Shown: piece after piece, positions 32,264 to 40,150 of the stretch
How the letters are laid out: the number at the start of each line of letters is the position of its first letter
How positions within the stretch are numbered: position 1 is the first letter of the stretch
Assembly: GCA_031282085.1 (NCBI GenBank)
Contig: JAITEK010000068.1
Coordinates: 1 to 40,150 of the forward strand
Direction: 5' to 3'
DNA from: Coriobacteriales bacterium
GTDB lineage: Bacteria > Actinomycetota > Coriobacteriia > Coriobacteriales > UBA8131
Length of the DNA stretch: 40,150 nucleotides
The notes under the pieces: model-generated
Told to the model about the DNA's origin: nothing
The model's database searches: none
The model's input: the letters and a program-made list of their open reading frames with translations, nothing else
Translations under genes and position numbers: made by a program

Positions 32264-33325
32264 TTAGATTGTGCTCAGGATGCCCAGCAGCGGCAGCATG
32301 ACCGAGAGCAGGATAACGCCCACCAATACGCACATTATGCCGACAAGGGCAGGCTCGATGGCGCCGACAAGACGGTCGAGCCGTCGCTCGGTCACCACGG
32401 CTATGGAGGTGCCTACCTCGTCGAAGGCCTGCGCGTCGGAGCCAGTCCGAAAGCCGACCGCGAGAAGCGACATCTCCTCGGGCGGGAACAGCTTGCTTTG
32501 CTCGATGGCAGTCTGGAAGCCCGTCCCGCTGTCTACCCCCTCGCGGATGACGCGCAGCTTCTCGCCTGCCCGTGCGTTCTCGATGATCGGGCCGATGAGC
32601 ACCAGCGCGGTGCTGATGTCGATGCCGCTGCGCAGCATTGTGGCCATGGCAAAGGCAAAGCGCTGGAGCGCTAGCTTAAAGGAGAGCTCCCGCGTGATGG
32701 GCGCGTGCTCATAGAGCAGACCGAAGAGGCGCCTGCCCGCCGGAGTGAGGCGCAGTAACAGCACGATGACGACGATGGCCGCAAGCGTAGCGGAGATATA
32801 CAGCGCGGATGAGCGTAGCGCGTGCCCCACGCCGAGCAGGCTGCCCGCGAGGCCCGTGAGCTCAAAGCCCAGCTGGTTGAACACCTGGTCGAACACCGGC
32901 ATGGCCTGCGTGAGCAGGATAACCACCACCACGAAGACCATGAGTATCATCGTCGAGGGGTAGACGAGGGCCGCGCGCAGGGCCTGGGCGAGCTCGTCGC
33001 GCCGGTCGTAATACTCGTGGAGGTTGCGGCAGGTGTCCTCCAGGCGGCCCGTCTCCTCGCCGATGCGCAGCAGCGACAGCGCATAGTTGGGGATGCCACC
33101 CGCCTTCTTGAGGGCCTCGGTGAGCGGCAGGCCGGCGGCGGCCGAGTCGTAAAGCGACTCCATCCGGGCCTTGGCCCTGGCGCCGGGCGCGCTTTGTCTG
33201 AGGATGTCGAATCCTTCCGTAAGCGTAAGCCCGGAGTGGTAGATGAGTTCCAGATTGGAGAAGAAAAGGCTCAGCTCGGCTGGAGAGAGCTCTCCTTGCC
33301 TGTTTGTCTTGCTGGGCATCAACAT
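32264..33325 (-). CDS. GspF/PilC/ComGB-family polytopic platform protein
   Basis: 353 aa with two T2SS-F repeats (LFFSNLELIYHSGLTLTEGFDIL... and FAFAMATMLRSGIDISTALVLI...) and three TM segments. The SD (AAGGGGG) abuts the first ATG, so the ATG at 33319 may be the true start. Confidence 0.85.
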   Translation of the reverse strand: MLMPSKTNRQGELSPAELSLFFSNLELIYHSGLTLTEGFDILRQSAPGARAKARMESLYDSAAAGLPLTEALKKAGGIPNYALSLLRIGEETGRLEDTCRNLHEYYDRRDELAQALRAALVYPSTMILMVFVVVVILLTQAMPVFDQVFNQLGFELTGLAGSLLGVGHALRSSALYISATLAAIVVIVLLLRLTPAGRRLFGLLYEHAPITRELSFKLALQRFAFAMATMLRSGIDISTALVLIGPIIENARAGEKLRVIREGVDSGTGFQTAIEQSKLFPPEEMSLLAVGFRTGSDAQAFDEVGTSIAVVTERRLDRLVGAIEPALVGIMCVLVGVILLSVMLPLLGILSTI

Positions 33326-33433
33326 CCCCCTTTCCTGTGTGCCTGGCCTGACCGTGTGGCCGGGCCCTTTGCCTGGTCGGTACGCGTTGGTACTCGTGTG
33401 GTGCCGTGTGTTGCCACTTCTTGTTAACTCCTG

Positions 33434-34480
33434 TCAATAATAGAGTATCGGCTGATAGTTTTGCCCATCACCGATGATCTGGCTTATGTCTCCGGTCCCT
33501 TTGCCGGCGGAATCGAAGGTCGGGTCCATGCGCACCCAGGCGCTGCCCGGGAACTCTATCTTCTTGCGGACCCACCCCTGGTCCGTGGTGTAGACCTCGA
33601 TCCACGCGTGGTAGGCCTGGCCGCAGTAGCCAACGTCGAGCTTGGTCGGCAGCCGCTGTGCGCGCAGCATCGACGCGGTGAGCATCGCGAAGTCGTAGCA
33701 GATGCCTGTTTGGGTCGCAAGCGTATCGTCGTTGTTGGGCAGGTAGCCCGGCGCTACGCTGGCGGCCTTGTCATAATCATAGGAGATATTCTGGACTACG
33801 TACATATATATCTGATCAACTGCCTCAACGTCGCTCGTGGCGTTTTCCGTCAGTTGCTGGCTGAGTTGGACCGCCTGGTCGCCATCGGTGAAGTCGACGA
33901 CCTCGTTGGGGTAGAGGAAGGGGGAGAGCTCGTCACTCAACTCCGCCGCTACGTCTCCCGAGAACAGAGGCGAGTACTGATCGTCATAGAGGTTCTCATA
34001 GACGGTGACGCTATAGACGCCGCTCCCGTCGCTCAAGGGAATGGTTATGTAGCCGTCCGCCGAGAATACGGTGTACTGGTACCGCTCGCCGGAGGGACTG
34101 TCTATTATCACTTTCACCTTGGTTTCGCCGAGGTACGACGCCGCGCAGATGTAGCCGCTTGCCGCGTTTGAGTAGTCGAGGACCGCCGCGTTTGAGGAGA
34201 GCACCGCCGAACCCGGCTGCTCGGCGACCAGCACCTGCGGCGTGTTGTCGCGCGGGACACCCGGATTGGCGCGCTCCTCACTGTCCACGGGGACAGCGCT
34301 GCTCAGCTCCGAGCCACCCATCACATCGTCAACGAGGGCGCACGAGACCAGGAAGGTGCAACACAGGAAGACCGCGATGGCGGCAACGACCTTACGCACC
34401 TTCTTCTCAACACCACTCACAGAAACGGTCCCTTTCAGATCCTCTTCGCAAAAAAGCATGCTATTCGCTTCTTGCCCCAT
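33434..34480 (-). CDS. Transglutaminase-like cysteine protease-fold lipoprotein
   Basis: Signal peptide KKVRKVVAAIAVFLCCTFLVSC with lipobox LVSC. Transglutaminase core Cys GICYDFAML, His AYHAWIEVY, Asp WVRMDPT. The start is uncertain: the ATG at 34480 lies inside a promoter-like 21-mer, so the ATG at 34459 or a downstream GTG is more likely. Confidence 0.75.
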   Translation of the reverse strand: MGQEANSMLFCEEDLKGTVSVSGVEKKVRKVVAAIAVFLCCTFLVSCALVDDVMGGSELSSAVPVDSEERANPGVPRDNTPQVLVAEQPGSAVLSSNAAVLDYSNAASGYICAASYLGETKVKVIIDSPSGERYQYTVFSADGYITIPLSDGSGVYSVTVYENLYDDQYSPLFSGDVAAELSDELSPFLYPNEVVDFTDGDQAVQLSQQLTENATSDVEAVDQIYMYVVQNISYDYDKAASVAPGYLPNNDDTLATQTGICYDFAMLTASMLRAQRLPTKLDVGYCGQAYHAWIEVYTTDQGWVRKKIEFPGSAWVRMDPTFDSAGKGTGDISQIIGDGQNYQPILYY

Positions 34481-34496
34481 TATGTCACAAAACAGT
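34476..34496 (-). promoter_or_regulatory. Second exact copy of the 21-nt motif ACTGTTTTGTGACATAATGGG (extended -10 TGaCATAAT at 34479-34487)
   Basis: The reverse complement of 34476-34496 is identical to 3506-3526. It lies immediately upstream of, and overlapping, the start of the transglutaminase/pilus-like operon. Confidence 0.45.
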
Positions 34497-34578
34497 GCTC
34501 CAGCTTGGCGATGACCTTGTTGATGTTGATGGGCTTGCCGATATGATCGGTCATGCTGTTTGCGAGCGCGGGGCGGGG

Positions 34579-36024
34579 CTAGTTGACGGCGCGGGCTTGG
34601 CGGATTATCTCGTCGCGTTGGTGGCGGAGTGTGCGCTCGAGGCCTACGGGGTAGCTGTGGGGGTTGAGGAAGCGCTTGATGGTGGGGTGGAGGGACGCGA
34701 GGTTCGCGCGCGCGTTCTCCTGCGCCTCAAGCGTGCTCAGGCGACCGCCGACCGCCTTGCCATCCCGGACGAGCGGCTCGAGGAGCTCGCGGTGCGCAAA
34801 ACCCGTGAGATTTTTACGCCGCAGGTCGTCGTAAGGGTCGATGATGAGGTCGTCGGTGGGTTGCGACTGCTCGTCATAGACCATGTCGCCAACAAGGATG
34901 CCCTGCTCATCGGCGTAGCGACGCACGGCCAAAAGCCCGGGAAGCGTCGACTTGGAGGTCTGTTCGGAGACCTTGAGCTGTGGGGTCCACCGTTGCTCAC
35001 CCGCCTGCCGCGTGGCGCAGAGCTTGTAAACGCCCGTGAGCGCCGGCTGCCCCCAGGCGGTGATGAGGCGTGTTCCCACACCCCAGGAATCGATGCGGGC
35101 GCCTTGCTCGTGGAGGGACTGGATGGTGTACTCGTCGAGGTCGTTGCTCGCGACGATACGCACGTAGCCGAGCCCCTGCGCGTCGAGCATCTCGCGCGCA
35201 CGGATGGACAGCCATGCCAGGTCACCCGAGTCGATGCGGATGCCCGCAAGCCGCTGCCCACGCTGCTCCATCTCCTTGGCGACGATTATCGCGTTGCGCA
35301 CGCCCTCAAGCGTGTTATAGGTATCAACGAGCAGGATACTGTTGTGGGGGAATACCTCGGCAAACGCACGGAAGGCCTCCAGTTCGCTGCTGTGGGCCAT
35401 CACCCAGGAGTGCGCGTGGGTGCCGGAGACGGGCACGCCGAACAGGCGCCCGGCCTCGACATTGGAGGTTGAGGAACAGCCGCCGACAACGGCCGCGCGC
35501 GAGCCGAGCAGCCCGCCCGCGGGGCCCTGAGCACGCCGCAAACCGAATTCGGCAACCGGGCCCTTTGCCACCTCGCAGACCCGCGCGGCCTTGGTGGCGA
35601 TGAGCGTCTGGTAGTTGACGAGGTTGAGCAGGATGGTCTCAAAGAGTTGACAGTGGAGAATGGGTCCTGTGACGCGCGCGATAGGCTCATGGGGGAACAC
35701 TGCCGTGCCCTCGGCGACCGCGTCTATGTTGAGCGTAAGGCGGAAGTCCGCCAGGGTGTTGAGGAATTCCTGCTCGAACAGGGGCGTGTCCTGGGGTGTT
35801 TTGAGAGTCGCGAGGTAGGCGCGGTCGGCCTCGGTGAAGCGAAAACCCTCGGCGCGCTCGGCAACCTGCGCAAAACCACAGGCGATTGTGTAGCCTCCCT
35901 CAAAGGGGTTCTCGCGGAAATGCAGGTAGAAGCAGGCTTCTGTTTGGGAGAGGCCGCCCTTCCAGTACCCTTGCGCCATCGTGAGCTGGTAGAGATCGGT
36001 CAGCAATGCCTGTTCGTTGAGCAC
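34579..36024 (-). CDS. pncB: Nicotinate phosphoribosyltransferase
   Basis: 481 aa. GTG start with AAGGAG SD inside the end of the upstream gene. N-terminus LLTDLYQLTMAQGYW, plus GTHAHSWVM and DSGDL motifs typical of NAPRTase. Confidence 0.9.
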   Translation of the reverse strand: MLNEQALLTDLYQLTMAQGYWKGGLSQTEACFYLHFRENPFEGGYTIACGFAQVAERAEGFRFTEADRAYLATLKTPQDTPLFEQEFLNTLADFRLTLNIDAVAEGTAVFPHEPIARVTGPILHCQLFETILLNLVNYQTLIATKAARVCEVAKGPVAEFGLRRAQGPAGGLLGSRAAVVGGCSSTSNVEAGRLFGVPVSGTHAHSWVMAHSSELEAFRAFAEVFPHNSILLVDTYNTLEGVRNAIIVAKEMEQRGQRLAGIRIDSGDLAWLSIRAREMLDAQGLGYVRIVASNDLDEYTIQSLHEQGARIDSWGVGTRLITAWGQPALTGVYKLCATRQAGEQRWTPQLKVSEQTSKSTLPGLLAVRRYADEQGILVGDMVYDEQSQPTDDLIIDPYDDLRRKNLTGFAHRELLEPLVRDGKAVGGRLSTLEAQENARANLASLHPTIKRFLNPHSYPVGLERTLRHQRDEIIRQARAVN

Positions 36025-36026
36025 TT

Positions 36027-37481
36027 CTACTCCTTGGCTGAAGGCCTGTTGCGCGGGCGGCGGCGGCGTTGTCGGCGGGCGCCCGGGCTGGGTTGTCCGG
36101 CGTTGGGGGTCTCGCCGCCGGTTGCGCCGGTTGCGCCGGTTGCGGCTTGCGCGTCGCTCGCGGCAGCAGGGGTGACGTTAGCCGCGCCACGTTCGCCGCG
36201 CTCACGGCGTTCGCGCCGGTCACGCCGGTCGCCGCGCTCGCCACGCTCGCCGCGCCGCAGGCCCGAGGAATGCTGCCCGGGACGCGGACGCGTCTTCTGC
36301 GCCCTTTCGCCATGCGAGGCGCCCTCCGTACGGGCTTCCCTCTCCTCTTTGGGCTGCTCAGCCTGCCGCAAACCCGCTTCGCCTGCCTGTCGTTGCGCCG
36401 ACGCGTCGCCTTCGCTCTTGCCCCGGCCGCTCCTGCGGGGCCGCCGCAGAGGACGCTCCTGTTCGCGCGCCTGCTCGCTGTTCTGTTCGCGCCCCCTGTC
36501 ACGGCCCCTCTCACGGCGCCGCTTCGGCTCGCGCTCAACATTCTTCGCACTCTCCTGCACCAGCTCCTGCTCGAGCGCCGCCATCGCCATGAGGATGCTG
36601 CTCGACGCACACCGGTCGATGGCCTCGCGCGACACGCAGCAGGGGCGTTTGCCCTCGTCTTTGCCCGTGGGACAGTCGAATTCGTTCAGGGGTATGGAGA
36701 GCAGTTTGCCGTCCTCAAGGCGCATGGTGATTATCTCGCGCGGCGTGTTGAAGTCGATGACTTTGGCCTGCCCTATCGGCGTCTCGATGAGAGCGCCGCG
36801 TTTGGGAGCGCGGCTTTTGAAGTCCTTGTACGCCTCGAACTCATAGCGCAGACAGCACATGAGCCGCCCGCAGGCGCCGGAGATCTTTGAGGGGTTGAGG
36901 GGCAGGTCCTGCTCCTTTGCCATGCGGATGGAGACCGGCTGGAACTCCCCGCCGAGCCGTGCGCAACACAGCTCCTCGCCGCAATGGGCAAGGCCGCCGA
37001 GTATGCGCGCCTCGTCACGCACCCCAATCTGCCGCATGTCAACGCGAGTGTGGAAGCGCGAAGCGAGCTCGCGGACCAACTCGCGGAAGTCGACCCGCTC
37101 CTCGTTTGAGAAGTAGAACACCGCCTTGTCCCCCGAGAACAGGAAGTCCACGGAGACGGGCTTCATGTCCAGCCCGTGCTTCTCGATGAGCTCGCGGAAG
37201 ACGGGCATCGCCTCGCGGCCTTTGGCGTCGAGCTCGTCGATGCGGTTGAAGTCGTTCTCATCCAGGGCGCGGATAACGGGTTTGAGAGGACTTCTGAGGT
37301 CCTTGATCTGTTTGCTGGTGACTACAACGGCTGGGTCGACCACCAGGCCGATCTCGCGCCCACGCTCGGTGTCCACGAGAACATGGTCGCCCTCCGCGTA
37401 GGTCGAGAGCGCAGGGTCGAACCAGAATATCTTGGGGTTATAGCGCAACCGTACCGCTACAACGGTTTGCTGTTCGGACAT
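36027..37481 (-). CDS. ricT: PSP1-domain protein (YaaT/RicT homologue) with a C-terminal Arg/Glu/Gly-rich tail of about 175 aa
   Basis: The N-terminal 300 aa include VVAVRLRYNPKIFWFD...ISGACGRLMCCLRYE (the PSP1 C-terminal domain with a Cys cluster). The gene sits in conserved position after holB. The tail REPKRRRERGRDRGRE...RRGERGERGDRRDRRERRERGERG...RRQRRRRPRNRP is low-complexity. Confidence 0.8.
   Translation of the reverse strand: MSEQQTVVAVRLRYNPKIFWFDPALSTYAEGDHVLVDTERGREIGLVVDPAVVVTSKQIKDLRSPLKPVIRALDENDFNRIDELDAKGREAMPVFRELIEKHGLDMKPVSVDFLFSGDKAVFYFSNEERVDFRELVRELASRFHTRVDMRQIGVRDEARILGGLAHCGEELCCARLGGEFQPVSIRMAKEQDLPLNPSKISGACGRLMCCLRYEFEAYKDFKSRAPKRGALIETPIGQAKVIDFNTPREIITMRLEDGKLLSIPLNEFDCPTGKDEGKRPCCVSREAIDRCASSSILMAMAALEQELVQESAKNVEREPKRRRERGRDRGREQNSEQAREQERPLRRPRRSGRGKSEGDASAQRQAGEAGLRQAEQPKEEREARTEGASHGERAQKTRPRPGQHSSGLRRGERGERGDRRDRRERRERGERGAANVTPAAASDAQAATGATGATGGETPNAGQPSPGARRQRRRRPRNRPSAKE
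36127..36153. repeat. 9-bp tandem repeat (gccggttgc, three units) within the ricT tail, encoding ATGATGATG
   Basis: Read directly from the sequence. Confidence 0.8.
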
Positions 37482-37498
37482 CGTTGTCTACTATCCTT

Positions 37499-38716
37499 TC
37501 AGTGAACCGCGGCGCCGAGGGCACCGCCGGTTGAGAGTTTATGCCCAGCTCCGCTCAGTTCATCGCGCAGGGTGAACAACAGAGCTTCGATCAGGGATTG
37601 CACTGATACATTATAGTGTATCCGCCGCTCCGCTTCATCAACAGCGCGCAAAGCCCGTACAAGCGCCGCCTCATCGGTGTTCAGAGCGATTTTGAGGATG
37701 TTGTAGTGGAAATCGGTGTTGACGAGGTCGTCCTGGCGCCCGATGCGCACCAGCAGACAGTCGCGCAGCCATGAGCGTATGGCGCCGAACGCCTCAACCA
37801 GCGTCTCACGTTCCCGACTCGTGAGGGCGCGCTTCTGCCGCTGCTCAAGCGCCGTGAGCGCCCCTTTGCTGAGGTACTCCTTGCCCTCTACCAGCTGTCG
37901 TTCCTGCTCGAGCTTGAGCTCGTCGAGGGGTTGTTTGAGGGAGATGAGCAGGGCGCGGGCGCTCTCAAGCAATTCCAGCGGGTCGGCCTGGGGCAGGCGC
38001 TCAACGGCCTCAAGCACTTTGAGGCGGCTGTCGCGCCGCGAGGGCGAGCGGAGGAAGGCGCGCGCGCGGTACACGGAGCCGCCCGCCGTTGCCAGCGCGA
38101 TGCGGGCGTCTTTGAGCGTTGTGGCGCTCTCATCCATGAGCAGGGGGACGGCCTCCACCTCGGGGACGAAGCGAAACGCAACGACCTGGCAGCGAGAGAG
38201 GATGGTCTCGAGCACGCTCTCGCGTGTGCGCGCCAGCAGGATGAAGGTCACGCGGACGGGCGGCTCCTCGAGCGTCTTGAGGAAGGCATTGGCGCCTGAG
38301 CCGCTCAGCAGGTCGGCGCGCGTGATGAGGTAGACCTTGTGCCGCGCACGAATCGGTGCGAGATTGGTGTCGTGGATAAGCTCGCGTATTTGCTCATTTA
38401 TATAGCTATTTGCGCCCTCGGGTTCGATGACCTTTACGTCGGGATGCGTGGCCCGCGTCACGCGGATGCAGTCGTCGCAGGAGCCACAGCCGCCGTTCTT
38501 GCAGACGAGCGCCTTGGCCAGCGCCCGCGCCGCGTCGGTTTTGCCCGAGCCGATCGGCCCGACGAACAGGTAGGCGTGGTTTATGACGCGGCTCTCGATC
38601 GCCGAGGTAAAGAAGCGCGCAACCAGCGGCTGACCCACCAGGGTATCAAAGGGGGGCTTGATAGTGAGCGAGGGGGCTTTTGCCTGCGCAGCGGCGGCAG
38701 AGGGCTGGGCGTCCAT
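37499..38716 (-). CDS. holB: DNA polymerase III delta-prime subunit
   Basis: 405 aa. AAA+ Walker A-like FVGPIGSGKTDAARALAKALVC, zinc module GGCGSCDDCIRV, FLKTLEEPP, SRCQ. The start overlaps the tmk stop by 1 nt (TGATG). Confidence 0.85.
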   Translation of the reverse strand: MDAQPSAAAAQAKAPSLTIKPPFDTLVGQPLVARFFTSAIESRVINHAYLFVGPIGSGKTDAARALAKALVCKNGGCGSCDDCIRVTRATHPDVKVIEPEGANSYINEQIRELIHDTNLAPIRARHKVYLITRADLLSGSGANAFLKTLEEPPVRVTFILLARTRESVLETILSRCQVVAFRFVPEVEAVPLLMDESATTLKDARIALATAGGSVYRARAFLRSPSRRDSRLKVLEAVERLPQADPLELLESARALLISLKQPLDELKLEQERQLVEGKEYLSKGALTALEQRQKRALTSRERETLVEAFGAIRSWLRDCLLVRIGRQDDLVNTDFHYNILKIALNTDEAALVRALRAVDEAERRIHYNVSVQSLIEALLFTLRDELSGAGHKLSTGGALGAAVH

Positions 38717-39423
38717 CAGTCGTGCGTCTCCCTCACTTGGTCGATGAGCTCCTGGGTGATGGCAAAATCCCGACCCGCCGCCTCGGGAAACAGGTCGGCG
38801 AGTTCGGCGAAGATCGCCTCGGCGGTCTCGGCGCGGTGCTCGCGGCTTTGCACGAGACGCACGCGCTCGGGGTCGCGCTCGGCTATCCGCGTGAAGCCCT
38901 CCAGCACGCGTGTGTGAAAAGCCAGCCCCTCGGCCTCCAGCCGGTCGGCGCCCTCCTCCGTTGCGCGCTCGAGGGCCTCACGGGGATCATGGGTGAGGAT
39001 GATGGTGCGCCGCGGGACCAGTCCCTTGCTGCCAAGGTAGTTGGCGCGCTCAACGGGCTCAAGGCCAAGACCGCGCGCAACCCCCTGATACGCCAGCGTG
39101 GAATCCGTGAAGCGGTCGCAGAGCACGGTCACGCCGCGCGCGAGGGCCGGCTCGATTATCTGAGCGACAAGCTGGGCGCGAGCGGCCTCGTAGAGCAGCA
39201 GCTCGCTCACATCATCCATCTCGCCGTTTGTGGGGTCGAGCAGTATCTGTCGTATCGCCTCGCCGATGCGCGTTCCGCCTGGCTCGCGCAGCCGCAACAC
39301 CTCAACACCCGCCGCCTCAAGGCGCAGGGCGAGCAGGAGGATGTGAGTCGACTTGCCGACCCCCTCTCCTCCCTCAAAGGTGATGAACACTCCCGGTGTA
39401 TTGTGCGCTGTTTTCTGCATCAT
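38716..39423 (-). CDS. tmk: Thymidylate kinase
   Basis: 235 aa. P-loop FITFEGGEGVGKST, the DRF motif (LCDRFTDSTLAYQG) and a lid region. Confidence 0.9.
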   Translation of the reverse strand: MMQKTAHNTPGVFITFEGGEGVGKSTHILLLALRLEAAGVEVLRLREPGGTRIGEAIRQILLDPTNGEMDDVSELLLYEAARAQLVAQIIEPALARGVTVLCDRFTDSTLAYQGVARGLGLEPVERANYLGSKGLVPRRTIILTHDPREALERATEEGADRLEAEGLAFHTRVLEGFTRIAERDPERVRLVQSREHRAETAEAIFAELADLFPEAAGRDFAITQELIDQVRETHD

Positions 39424-39580
39424 CCCATGATAGGGCTTCCCCCGGCTTTTTGCAGGGCTGACGCGAGTGTTTTGTCATGCGGCGTGCGGCACGCTTGCGG
39501 CGTGGGGTCGCGTTGGCCTGTTGACCAACGCAAAGACTCCCCGCACTCCGCATCGGGAACGCGCATTGCGCGCGACACTG

Positions 39581-40150
39581 TTATACGCGTTGGTAGAGGT
39601 CGGCGCCCTGGGTGTCTATAGCGACAAAGGCAGGGAGGCCGTTGAGGGCGAGTTTTTGGAGGGATTCGGTGCCGAGGTCCTCCCAGGCGACAGGCTCAGC
39701 GGCAGTCACAAAGCCCGCGAGATAGGCAGCCGCGCCGCCCGTTGTGGCGAGATAGACGCTTTGCGTCCGCGCACAGGCCTCCACGACCGTCGGCGAACGC
39801 GGGCCTTTGCCCAACATAACCGTGATACCAGCGCCCAACAGTTGCGGCGTTGCAAAATCCATACGAGAGGCCGTTGTTGGCCCTATCGCGCCGAAAGGAC
39901 GGCCTGCAGCTGCGGGCGTTGGCCCTGCGTAGAACAGCGCCTGCCCCGCAAGGCCGAAGGGCAGCTCACCGTGCTCGTTGAGATATTCGAGGGCGCGTCG
40001 GTGCCCGGCGTCGCGCATCGTGTAGATGGTGCCGTACAACGCAACCGCATCCCCTACGCGCAGTTCTTCCAAGGCAACGCGCTCAACAGGCAACTCAAGC
40101 CGGATGGGCGCGGGGGCCCCGGAGGGCGCGGGGGGTACAGGGAGTGCGGG
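39581..40150 (-). CDS. Class I Fe-S hydro-lyase (fumarate hydratase / L-tartrate dehydratase type), C-terminal beta domain; the 5' end lies beyond the right edge
   Basis: LRVGDAVALYGTIYTMRDAGHRR...GPTTASRMD...GKGPRS matches the Fumerase_C/TtdB domain. The ORF track starts at TTG 40093, but the frame stays open to position 40150 through a Pro/Ala linker (PALPVPPAPSGAPAPIRLE). This suggests a fused alpha-beta enzyme. Confidence 0.7.
   Translation of the reverse strand, partial: PALPVPPAPSGAPAPIRLELPVERVALEELRVGDAVALYGTIYTMRDAGHRRALEYLNEHGELPFGLAGQALFYAGPTPAAAGRPFGAIGPTTASRMDFATPQLLGAGITVMLGKGPRSPTVVEACARTQSVYLATTGGAAAYLAGFVTAAEPVAWEDLGTESLQKLALNGLPAFVAIDTQGADLYQRV

Overview
This is a high-GC chromosomal segment with no rRNA, tRNA, CRISPR, transposase or integrase that I could recognise. 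Gene content and order (rpoD, galU, tig; tmk-holB-PSP1/ricT-pncB) and the GC-rich codon usage suggest a Gram-positive Actinomycetota genome, possibly Coriobacteriia. That taxon call is inference only.

Layout:
- 1-8.8 kb: housekeeping genes (partial rpoD, galU, trigger factor, a phosphohexomutase, an M29 aminopeptidase), then an orphan REC/HD-GYP response regulator and a single-domain Hpt protein.
- 9.2-26.8 kb: the standout region, a plus-strand, translationally coupled operon.
  - A 2285-aa synthase with domain order ER-like, ER, KS, AT, ACP, KR.
  - A 1490-aa synthase with domain order KS, AT-like, DH, PPTase.
  - A free-standing ACP.
  - An ABC ATPase.
  - A 1060-aa double-FtsX permease with a long coiled-coil insert.
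  - A fused AccD-AccA carboxyltransferase.
  This looks like a self-contained Pfa/Hgl-like type I lipid or polyketide factory with its own activation, substrate supply and export, and no recognisable chain-release domain.
- 26.8-28.7 kb: a HAMP-GGDEF cyclase and a V4R sensor protein on the minus strand.
- 28.7-29.2 kb: a hairpin-dense non-coding spacer with a duplicated structured motif.
- 29.2-34.5 kb: an atypical type IV pilus/pseudopilus-like operon on the minus strand. It encodes a transglutaminase lipoprotein, a short PilC/GspF protein, four single-pass proteins and a PilT-type ATPase. No PilB, prepilin peptidase or canonical pilin is present.
- 34.6-40.15 kb: pncB, ricT/yaaT with a long Arg-rich tail, holB, tmk and a class I Fe-S hydro-lyase that runs off the right edge.

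Non-coding observations: an exact 21-nt promoter-like motif shared by two unrelated operons, a 19-bp perfect rod-like hairpin in a 5' leader, and a 22-bp tandem repeat array.

All functional calls come from reading motifs in the supplied translations. No database search was possible.
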